Part shown: positions 53,085 through 64,000 of the stretch, piece by piece | How positions within the stretch are numbered: the stretch's first letter is position 1 | How the letters are laid out: every line of letters starts with the position of its first letter | Origin: Eledone cirrhosa | Lineage: Eukaryota | Length of the DNA stretch: 64,000 bases | Reading direction: 5' to 3' | Assembly: GCA_964016885.1 (NCBI GenBank) | Contig: OZ024740.1 | Span: 154,876,001-154,940,000 of the forward strand | Notes under the pieces: model-generated | Databases searched by the model: none | Told to the model about the DNA's origin: nothing | The model's input: only the letters and a program-made list of their open reading frames with translations | Translations under genes and position numbers: made by a program

Positions 53085-56000
53085 CTAACTACCAGAAAAA
53101 CCGCCCTTCGAGCGGTTTTCTGCTAGTATATATAGTGTGTATATTGATATACGCAAATATATATGCACATAGATATAATACGTAAATTGACAATATGCAC
53201 ATAAACTGAACGAAGAGTGTGTTACACTTACTTCTGTAATCAGTAAAGTAATCCATGATACATTTTTAAAAAATGCGATAATGAGATGGAAAAGCGATGA
53301 AACTGTTGACGGAAAATGTTCATGAATCTTCACTTGAGAATGTCGATGGGAAGCTTCAAGCAGTGAATTTGAAAATAGATGCTGCTGGTATGAATGGAGA
53401 GTTGCCCTTCGCTATATTGTTGTTTTACTGTATTCACATATAGACTTCTTAAGTTTTTGTAGTGTCCCTTTTCTAGCAGTTAAAAAGAAACTGAAATGCA
53501 TTTCCATTAAAAGAGAGTGATAGCAGCTTAACATCACTGTAGAATTTCTTTGTAGACACAGTTGTCAGCAAACAGACCCCTTTCGTTTAATATTTTTATA
53601 TTTTCTTTTTTTGTAATTCGTGATAATGCAACATACATCTGACCATGTGAGAAGAATTGTGTTGGTAGATATACACTTATCTTTTCAAATGTCTGCCTTT
53701 GTGCCTTGTTGCATGTAAGGGCAAAGGCTGGTTTGACAGGAAATTGCTTGCGAGTAAAGGTGAAAGGGAACTCAAGCTCTTGAGATACATGTGGTATCCT
53801 TGGGATTAGCAACCTTGTTCCAGCATTGGGACCCAATGCCACTTCAGCTTCAATTACATGATTATGTAAACTGATGATGATGTAGCGTGTACCATTGCAA
53901 TGCCCGTTTAGAGGATCCAGATTTCTTAGAAGCGTGATGCAACTGCCTTTCTTCAGTTTAAGTATGTGTGTTGGGAAGCCTCAAGGGGTAAGTTTGTTGA
54001 TGAACCCAATTGGATATTGTAGTTCATTATCTACTGTATCAGAGCTTCTGTAGATTATTTCATGACCAGGAAACTTGTTGACCATGAACTCATTCGCCAA
54101 TCTTGCTGCATCATTTGTTGGAGTAATAATGGCTCTATTTGCAAGCCATAGTGGGTTTGTGTAGTTTCCTGGAAGATTTGTATACACAAAATCACACAGT
54201 CCGAACACATTACCATATTCCATACAAAGTTCATTTGGCAGAAGAATTGTGAATGCACCTACAGTTGGAACAGTTGGAATGTTACCATTTACTACATCAA
54301 GAAGGTAGTTTGCAAACTGTCTTTCATCTGAATCCTCTGCATTAATTAACCGTTGATTGGTTGTCATCTCCATGGTTTCCACATAGTCCCTGAGATAGGA
54401 TCTTTTGATGGTTGCCTCAACTATTTGTGGTCTAACACCATGATGTACACCTGGAAGAATTTGCTTCCAGTCACCAGATAGTAATACTGTTAGACCACCA
54501 AATGACTTTTTCCAATCTCGAACATCTTTGAAGCTCCTGTCAAGGCATTCAAAGATATGCTTATGTCCCATACCTATCTCATCAATCATTAGCAGGTCAA
54601 CTTGCTGCATAAGTTTACCTGTGTCATCCCTCTTCGTGAAGAAGCAAGTTCATTCAGCAGTCACATTGAGATGAATCTTGCACTTGGAATGAAGAGTTCT
54701 ACCTTTGTGAAGCAAAGTGGCTGCTATTCCAGATATGACAGTAACAAGTGCAATTGTTTTTTTAGATCGGAGGTAATCCAATAGGATGTTTATGACATAG
54801 GTCTTTCCTGTACCTGCACTTGCATTCAAGCAAAAAATTCTGCCTTCATTTTCATTTACAGAGGTGATTACTTTGTGAAAAATAACCAGTTGCTCAGGAT
54901 TCAATGTTGGCAGAAGTTCATTTATGTTTGCTTCCAGTTGGTGTGTATTGAAATAAGTTTCTGCCATAAGAACCCTGTTGATTTCTGGTATGGCAACAAT
55001 AGTTGGGTCTCGCCGAGAAAGTCCATAGTTGGCCATCATGTTGGAGTCCATGCCATCATGTTGAAGTCTTTGTTGGATCTTCTGTAGAACAATCTGCACT
55101 GTTTGCATGGACATGACTTGCTCATGACGTTCATGCATGATATCCTCTGCAAGACAATTCTTCCATTTCTCCCAGAACTGCAGAGGGTTATTTGGCATGC
55201 TATACAATAAAATGGTGCAGAAGATCTCTCGCAGCTGAGGATCAAGCATAATGGATGAGGCCTCTTCCATAGCTTTGTCTTTTTCTCCATCTTCATCCAA
55301 CAGACCAAGTTTCCTGCATGCTTCTTGAAATGTTGGAAATTCAACTCCTTCAATTGTCCTCAATTCTTTGTATGAAGTTGACCCAGCCTTGTGGTGTAGT
55401 ATCATCCTGAGGTAATATAATTCAGATTGATGTCTACTGAGAGATACTGTTGGAATGCGTCCAAGAGATTCACTCATAAATTGTTGATCACCATCCAGAT
55501 GTCCCTTTTTTCTTCTTTGCCACTTTTTGTTTGTCCAAGTGAAATATTTAGGAATATCAATATACAATGTTTTGTGCCAGTGGGTCTCTAATATACAGTT
55601 GAAAATATTCCGTCAACTTAGTCATTGGCTGTCCCCTAGAAACAATACTTTCTTCCTGCCCTCGCTCATACACGACCATTTGTTCCCCAGGTAAATGGCA
55701 AGGCAACTTTTCAACTGGCGGTTTTCGATGATGTAATGGAAATTTATAGATTCTCCAGAATGCTTCACTGGCTGAGATGTTCCATGCGTTGATATAGGTC
55801 TCAATCTCATTTTGGGTATGGACACAATTTCCTTGATCATCCTTAATAGTGAAAGTGATCTTGTCTGATCCTTTTGTGATGTACTTATATAAGTACTTAA
55901 CAGCCTTGACAACCTCACTATTGATGTGGCACTGATATCTCAATGAGAGGAAAGGGTTGTATGGAACAATCCAACGATTATCAACAGTAAATTCTTGATC

Positions 56001-56690
56001 GTTAAGTTGGATTGTATGGGTGTGACCACCATGCTGTCTATCCCTTCTTCTATACCCCGGAAAGGAATTTTTTCGGCAACAAATGTGGTTTGTCTGAATG
56101 CCTTGGGATAACTTTTTGAGCAATGACGTTGTTGTCCTAGACCATCCATACATGAACACATCATATTAGCTTGTCCACATGGGCCATGACTGTTGCAGGA
56201 TGTGATGATCTTATGCAGAATTGGATTTGTCTCTTTATCAGGAATCTCACAGTACACTACCTGATCAATGTCATCAGCAGTTTTGTGCCTGCTATCTTCA
56301 GCCATTATCAGCAGAATATGAGCATGAGTGAGGCCTCGTTTTCTGCCACTCCATTATAGCAGAATGAGCCACAATTTTTCCTATGACATTTTTTTTCAGT
56401 ATGTCATCCATGAGGCTGTCATACTTGATCTTGAAGACTCTTGCACAAATATCAGGACGGTCTCACCAGGGTGCAGACTATTTTTTATTTCATCCCAGTT
56501 TGGGTTAGTTGTTACCGTGATGAAATAAGATGGCTTTCCCATATGTCGAACCACAGTCATCGAATTCTGAAAGCACTCACTGTAGAAGCGAGGGGAACCA
56601 TAGATTGAAGGAGGAAGAACAATTCTCCGGCCTGCACTTGTTTCAGACGTTAGACTGTGCCCTTGCTGGGGTACCACGATTAAAGGATTT
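53085..56690 (-). mobile_element. Helitron with frameshifted Rep/PIF1-helicase (RepHel) pseudogene
   Basis: Rep: YFITVTTNPNW, EWQKRGLTHAHILL, YLYKYITKG; helicase: AGTGKT, IDE, GDWKQILP, FPVKPAFALTCNKAQ, FSHGQMYVALSR; hairpin at 53093-53122. Confidence 0.92.
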
Positions 56691-56789
56691 CCTTGACCTC
56701 AATTCCAGTAAATATATTTTAAAATCTAGTACTTATTTTATTGATCTCTTCTATTCTCTTTGAAACGTGTGTGTGTGTGTCTATGTGTT

Positions 56790-57062
56790 CATATGTATGA
56801 TGGTACCCTATCGCTTGCGACGAGGATTCTTCCAGCTAGGTTTCTCAAATGGAACTGCCTGAATTTAAAGTGAGAGTGTCTGAGCATTCTATAGACACGT
56901 ATAACGGGGGGTTTCAAGGTGGGACTACATTGGTTCTTCGACTTACTGGCAGAGTACACTTTTTTTTACTTCAGTGGAGAGAAGAAAGGCGAAATAAAGT
57001 ATCTTGCTCAAGAACACAACGCACTGATGGGATTCGAACTCTCAACATTACAATCACGAGAC
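56790..57062 (-). mobile_element. Degenerate CORE-type SINE
   Basis: GAAATAAAGTATCTTGCTCAAGAACACAACGC...GGGATTCGAACTC. Confidence 0.6.
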
Positions 57063-57668
57063 ACACACACGGAGATAAACGCACACACATATGCACACAT
57101 ACATAAATACAGTAACACACATATGTGCACACACACATAAGCAAACAGATACACACACACATTTACATATATATACACATAAACACTTATGCACACACAC
57201 AGATACACACATATACACACACCACACATACATATATATATTATATACGTGTGTGAGTGAGTCTATGTACTTATGCAATGGTAAAAAGAATATACACCTG
57301 TGGATTGAATCATTGGTACTGTAGTAAATTATCCATTCCTTATTTCCCCATCTTCACATACAAACACACAGCCACATATACAGATAACCACACTATCGTC
57401 TATCTTTCTATCTACCTACCTATATATCTACGTATCGATCTATCGACCTATCTATCTACCTGCCAACCTACCTCTCTCTCTCTCTCTCTCTCTCTCACAC
57501 TCACACTCACACACTCACACACACACACACACACAAATATATCTATTCTAGAGAGTGTGTCCGTTAGATGTATAATTGCATTTCAAGAATTACGAAGGAT
57601 TTACAAGTTACTTCATCTGGGGAGGATTAATAATAGTTTCACTAACCTCGGAAGACGATTTGTGTGCA

Positions 57669-57711
<43 letters not shown>

Positions 57712-57715
<4 letters not shown>

Positions 57716-60388
57716 TTCAAAATATTAACAAAATAGATATTCTTGTGATCAATTATATTTTATTATACATATTTCAGAGGTACTGAGTTAAGTTTAACAG
57801 TACGTCCTCATCAGATAAAATAGGATGATGCATGACATACCCTGACATAGTAGATAGTTAAGATTCAGTCATTCTAGTGATTAACATATGACAAAACTCA
57901 ATATTTATACCCTAATATTGAGAACATGAGATAACATAATACAAATAATAGAGAGGGTGCGTGTAATACAGCTTAAAAAATACATGGCATCAATATAACA
58001 GTTAAAAACATTTTTTTTTAAAACTACTGAAGAAAGAGGAGGGAAAGGAAAGCAAAGAGGAAGAAACAGCTGATGTGATAATATATTTAATAGGTGGCTC
58101 GAAAAAACAAATGAAAGATGATTAAAGAGAGAGAGAGACAAAGGGGAGTAATATATGTTCAAGTTTATATACAATTTTCCATATACCCAAATTAATATAG
58201 TTGGCCGTTAATATTCAAAATATTTAATCTAAGTTATTTCAGAGTAATGAATAATATTTTAGGTTTTAAAAGTTAATAGGTATTTGTATTAATATTATAA
58301 TTATGTTTAATTTTTAAAATTCAAATTTTATGAAAACAAATTTTAAATAATTAACGAAACACGAGAAAGAAAATATATAATGCTTTTATACCCTCACGAA
58401 GGTAATCTTTACCAAAATTATTTATAATATTGACAACAGTTTATATAATACAATTCATAAAATAATTCTAGTTATAATTCTAGTTATAATTATTAAAGAA
58501 TTTATTGTTAAATAGTTTGAGTGCCTAAAGGATCAACCGGCCTTATAACTAAACTTAAAGAAGTCTGAATTTTTAATTATATATATATGTGTTGATCAAA
58601 AAATATACAAGGATTATAGTTTATTATTTGTTTATAATTGAGGTGAAACCTTTCAAATATATATAATATAATACAATAATATAATATAGTAAATAAGTTA
58701 CTGAAAATATTGTTCACAAAATATATATAGTTAAAAAATATTGTTAAAAAATATTGTTAAAAAATTAATGTTTTATATCAATTATTTTCACATATACACA
58801 TATAAGTCAAAACTACATGAGTCCTAATGATAGGGACTAGATACAAAGTAAATATACAAATAAAAGATAATGAATTGTTTGTGAAACTTAAATATGCCCA
58901 ATATTAAAAATATATTATAAATGTAATAGAGTTTTAATATAGTAGACAAAAGATACATCTAAAATATTTTAGCGAATGTGATAGAAAGAGGAGCTAAGTA
59001 TTTGAAAAAGCCGAAGGTAATCTAAATTTAATTAAAATAAAATAAGTTAAATTAAATTATATTATATTAAGTAAAAATCATTATATAAATTCGAACTTCC
59101 AGGGAATATCAAACACTTATAACAATATAGAGTCATTTGAGTGTCTAAAATATTTTATAAATGTAACTAGGAGTATGTTATTACACTAGATAAAGATATT
59201 TGTACAACTATATAGAGATATTATTATATGTATTAATGAAACGGTATACATTTAATAAATAAATAATTATAATCATTATTAGTAATGCTATAATTGTAGT
59301 TTTACCTCCAGTTCGGTGGAGAGAGAGACCAATATTTGTCGACTATTATGGTTTGATATATTTATACCTAGATATATATAAAAATGCAAATCTAACTTTC
59401 TGAGACCCCAAAATCATACTCAAAGTGAGTAAAATATGTAAAATATGCAAACGCATGAATGATCCACAGTTCAATTATAATCAGTAAATTTACAAGTTAA
59501 ATATCCAAATTATATATTTAAAACAGAGACAGATAAATAAAGATCTGAATCAAAATTATAAATATCCAAAAAAAACCATAAGGTATACATATTTATCAAG
59601 TAAACAAGTTATCAAAAGAGTATCATTCATTCTAACATTAATTCTATCATAAATGGTTAGAAGATAAAGCATTATTAAAGTTTTATAAACCGTTATGACT
59701 TTTTAGGCCCAACAGTTGATAAGAGACGTTAAAAATTAAGGCCTGATTGTTTAGTGTTTTTTCCTGATTTTTTGCGAGGCTTAGAATGTAGACAAAGCTT
59801 TATGAAGCAGTTTGAGAATAATTCACTTTTTTTGTTAATTAAGTTTTCATAATTAGTAATTATTAATAGTGCAGAGGTTGAAGCTAGTTGATATAGATGA
59901 GTTCGTATATATTTTACTATTACAAAGCTTCGTCCAAAAGATCGAGTATTTTAAATTTTTGTCTTTTAATGACCATATAAGTTGTGATAAAGAAGTCGAA
60001 GACTTCCTATTAAAATTCGAAAATGAGCATTTGTGATTCGCAAATCTCGATTTAAATGTCGAAGAAGTTGCTCCTATGTAGTTGTATGTGTTGTTATTTG
60101 TTTTTACGGTGCATTTATACACCAGATTTCTATCCAGACAATTATTTTGCAGAGGGCAGTCTGGTTATTTCTACAATTACATTTCGATTTATTATTATTT
60201 ATATTAACACTATTATTAATAGCATTATGTTGATTTTGGGTTAGAATTATACTATTTAGTTTAGCGATGTTTTGGGCCATATTCATAGTTGTAGAATAAG
60301 ACAGTTTAATTGTGTGTCTATTAAATATGGAGTGATATTTATGTTGACTAGGGAAGGAACTATCTAAAGCTTTAAAAAATAGATTAGC
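57712..60388 (-). mobile_element. 5'-truncated Hydra-clade PLE with long AT-rich 3' region
   Basis: FFKALDSSFP...IKLSYSTTMN...CNCRN; YKCTV...YIGATSSTFKSRFANH (59853-60388); terminal HHR. Confidence 0.82.
57756..57822 (-). ncRNA. Type I hammerhead
   Basis: TATTTTAT-CTGATGA-ggacGTACTG...CAGTACctct-GAAA-tatgta-TA-ATAAAATA. Confidence 0.8.
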
Positions 60389-60401
60389 TATATATATATA
60401 T

Positions 60402-61166
60402 TCGCGCAGACGGACTGGCCTTCGGCATGCGCAGTACGGACCTGCCTTCGCGCATGCGCACTTCAGACCAGCCGTCGCACATGCGCAGTAATGACCATCC
60501 TTCGCTATGCGCACTCCGGACCAGCCTTCGCGCATACACAGTAAGGACCAGCCTTCGTGCATGCGCACTTCCGACTAGACTTCGCGCATGCGCACTTCGG
60601 ACCAACCTTCGCGCATGCGCAAATCTGACTAGACTTCGCGCATGCGCAGTACGGACCAGACTTCATGCATGCGCAGTACGGATCAACCTTCGCGCATCGC
60701 AGTACGGACCAGTCTTCGCGCACGCGAACTTCGGACCAGAATTCGCGCATGCCTAGTAATGACCAGCCTTTGCGCATGCGCAGTACGGACCAGACTTCGA
60801 GCATTCGCAGTATGGACCAGCCTTCGAGCATGCGCAGTACGGACCAGTCTTCGCGCATGCGCACTTCGGACCTGCCTTTGCGCATGCGGGCTTCGGACTA
60901 GACTTCTCGCATGCGCAGTACGGACCAGACTTAACGCATGCGCAGTATGAACCTGCCTTAGCGCATGTGTAGTACGTACCAACCTTCGCGCATGCGCCTT
61001 TCGAACCAGCCTTCGCGCATATGCACTTCGGACCAGACTTCGCGCATGCGCAGTACGGACCTGCCTTAACGCATGCGCAGTACGGACAAGCCTTCGTGCA
61101 TGCGCAGTGCGGACCAGCCTTCGCGCATGCGCAATAGGGACCGACCAGCCTTCGCGTATGCGCAGA
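60402..61166. repeat. GC-rich ~27-bp minisatellite (about 28 units) GGACCAGMCTTCGCGCATGCGCA(GTAC/CTTC)
   Basis: Direct observation. Confidence 0.95.
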
Positions 61167-61983
61167 TCGTTTAAATAAATATTCATATATTTCTGTCACT
61201 ACTTTTCTCCTAATGCAGTTTATATATAATATCATCTTTTTTTAATACATCATGGATTACGTTACTGATTACATAAGACAGTGTAACGCAGTCTTCGTTC
61301 AATTTCTGTGTATATTGTCTATTACGGTTTTATTTGATGTATCATATCTACATGTATATATACTTGCGTATAATATCAATATACACACTACACATGTCAG
61401 CAGAAAACTACCCGAAGTGGGGGGGGGGGTTCTGCTAGCTATATTAAATGAGTTTTTAAAAAAAGAGTTAATAAATAAATAGAGTTAAATAAATAAAAAG
61501 TTAATAAATAAATAAAACATTATGCTAGTTTTACCCTCCCATTTCCAATTAAACCGAACGCTCTCATGACTGTATGTGTGTGTTTGTGTAAATGTATATG
61601 TGTGAATGTATGTATGTTTGTGTGAATGTATGTGCATTTGTGTGAATTATGTCCGTGGGTGTGTATTTTTATAAGTTTGTGTTTGCGCCATTATAGTTAT
61701 ATACTCATAATAGTTATATACTCATACATATAAATGTATGTATGTGCACACTCATACGCGTCAGTGTGTAGAAAATCATAATCTGTCTGTCTCTCTCATC
61801 ACGCACTCTCTCTTTCTATATATATATATATGGTAGTTGAAGTGCTGGTGGTGGCGACGATATACCGGAAGTGCAACTTTGAAAAGAAGTCAATTTTAAA
61901 TTATTTATTTTTACGAAATTATTTGTTTACGAAATTTAGCACATAAATTATGTAATATCCATTCATTATTTATTCAAAGTAAT

Positions 61984-62190
61984 GGGCGGTTCAAAGTAAA
62001 GAGGGGCGGTGGATTGGTAGTATCGGTAGAGGGTCGGACGCCATGCTTTGACGCAAAGAGTTACGGCCCTTGCCATTCTGAGTTCAAATCCCGCCGAGGT
62101 TAACGTTGCCTTTCATCCTTACGGGGTCGATAAAATAAAGTACCAGTAATGTACTGGGTAATTGCTGGCTTTGTGGCAAAAGTAGAAACG
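61984..62190 (+). mobile_element. SINE (OK-like) with a 19-bp TSD
   Basis: ATTATTTATTCAAAGTAAT at 61965-61983 and 62191-62209. Confidence 0.85.
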
Positions 62191-62284
62191 ATTATTTATT
62201 CAAAGTAATCCAACTTATTTTACTAACTAGATTAAAAGAAATAAACCGTACGCAGTCCCGCAGCCCTTGCTTTATTATAGTTTA

Positions 62285-63900
62285 GATATTTATCCCAAAC
62301 GCAGTGCATGCATTGGAGAAGGTGTCTAATATCAACGGCATATCCTCTACTGTATGAGCCACAATATCTGCATCATCATCATACAAGAGCTCCCTAACAA
62401 GTGCGCCAAAAGTTTTGGACTTGGTGTTAAACCGGCTTAGATTAAATACTTTGCTAAAGGTTCTAATTCTCAAGTATACACCGATTCCAAAGTCTTGGAA
62501 GGTATATGTCATCAGCATGGCAAAGTAGATGGAGAACAGAGTGGGTGCAGGTGTGTCGCCTTTCTTGGCACTGTTTTCCACTGAAATCAGCTCTGAAAGT
62601 GTCCCGTTGAAGTTCACTTTGGCTTTTGATGGAGTTTTCTGAATATTCCAACAAACTCATAAGGGAATTCAAGTTTCTCCAATATAACCCGCAATGCACT
62701 ATGATTAACAATATCAAAGGCTATAGTGCGGTCTACAAATACTTGGTATAGTGGCACTTGCTGCTCAACACAGTTCTCCATAAGCTGGCGCGCTGAGGAA
62801 ATCATGTACATAGTACCCCCACCCAGTTTTGAATCCATACTGGGTCTCAGGAGTGGCACCAGGGCTGATCCATTTTATTAGATGATTCAGCAATACATTG
62901 GATAAGACTTTTCCTACCGATTCAGGCAGACTTATAACACGGTAATCATCGAATTCTGACTTAGAGCCCTTGTAAATCGAGAGCAAAATTGCATCTACCA
63001 AGTCTTGCGGAACAGGTTCACCATGCCATACAGATAAGACTAGCCCATGAATGGTCATAGAAACATTGTCTCCTCCAAAGCCGATCAATTCAACTGGTAG
63101 TCCATCCAAACCTGAAGCTTTCTCTCTGTTTATCTCTTTGATAGTAGACCTTATCTCATCAGAGTTTGGATCATTCATCATCTCTGTTACAGTTTCCCTT
63201 TGCTGCAGTCCATTAATAATTTCCTCATCAACTATAGATGGGTTATGAAACAAATCTTTAAAATGTTCAGTCCATCGACTCATGATACCTGCTGGATCTT
63301 TGATGAGGACGTTCCCATCTTTTGACTTTAATGTTGCCATTTTTTAGGGTTGTGGACCCAAAACGTGCCTTGTTGTGCTGTATAATGCCTTCAAGTCTCT
63401 GCAATTATAAGCCCTCTGCATCTCTGCTGAAACTTCAGACCACCAGTTGTTCTTTATCTTTCGTGTTTTACTTTGCAGTTTTGATTTTGCTTCTTTGAAG
63501 GCCTTCTCAAAAGTGGTCTTCACTGAACACTCTTCAACAAGACACTTCTCATACAGCTTGTTCGTTTCTTTATTGAGTATGATGATTGCAGCATCATTGT
63601 CATCGAACCAGTCTCTGTTTTTGTCTTCTTCAGACCAAGTACATCAGCCACCCAACACTGAAAACTTATGGTTTAAAGTCTTCCCAAGTTCCATCAAAGA
63701 CAACGTTGTCAAGTGCATTTTGAAGAGCATCTCGCATTTCAACACTTTACAGCTTTGACACATCTATATGTATTGGCACTTATACCCCTGCTGCCATCAG
63801 TTTTCTTCTTTTCTGCACCTTCATTTTCCCACGCACAAGTTTGTGGTCTGTACCACATTCTGCACCATGCATTACACTTACAAAGCAGATATCCTGGAAG
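62285..63900 (-). mobile_element. Degenerate RTE-clade (BovB-like) LINE RT fragment
   Basis: RWTEHF, KASGLDGLP, YRVISL, QYGFK, APTLFSIYF, ELLYDDDAD; several frameshifts. Confidence 0.82.
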
Positions 63901-63914
63901 TCTCTCTTCCTAGT

Positions 63915-64000
63915 AATAATTGTTTCTACTTTTGGCACAAGGCCAGCAATTAATCAGTATATTACTGGTACTTTATTTTATCGACCTCGTAAGGATGAAA
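63915..64000 (-). mobile_element. SINE (OK-like) 3' part, cut by the window end
   Basis: TTGTTTCTACTTTTGGCACAAGGCCAGCAAT...TACTTTATTTTATCGACC. Confidence 0.75.

Noticed and set aside
60427-61235. Cys/Arg-rich ORFs (CACAKAGPY repeats)
   Set aside because: Open in several frames on both strands because of the 27-bp periodicity; no sign of a gene.

Overview
AT-rich, gene-poor metazoan DNA made almost entirely of transposons and microsatellites. The SINE/LINE repertoire suggests an octopus/cephalopod genome, but that is inference. No host protein-coding gene is evident. Contents: one apparently intact RTE LINE (1038-aa APE-RT ORF with a PHD finger inside the RT and a ~408-bp 5' monomer array); many Penelope-like elements (PLEs, both Hydra-clade and Cys-linker GIY-YIG types) in (TA)n tracts, carrying more than ten type-I hammerhead ribozyme (HHR) motifs and repeated fold-back/inverted 5' ends; Tx1/L1, CRE, CR1-group and RTE fragments; a deleted mariner; several Helitrons; a small non-autonomous LTR element; tRNA-derived SINEs; and a tRNA-Leu(CAG) gene plus a decayed copy. 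Main leads: (i) a bulged hairpin RCUC-UGUA...UACA-UU-GAGY that recurs with compensatory changes downstream of the HHR in otherwise dissimilar PLE families; (ii) recurrent CCGANGA (U4C) and long-stem-II HHR variants; (iii) a 32-nt tRNA-Trp-like primer-binding site with a substitution at the m1A58 position. All structures and alignments were read by eye, so coordinates of degenerate elements are approximate.
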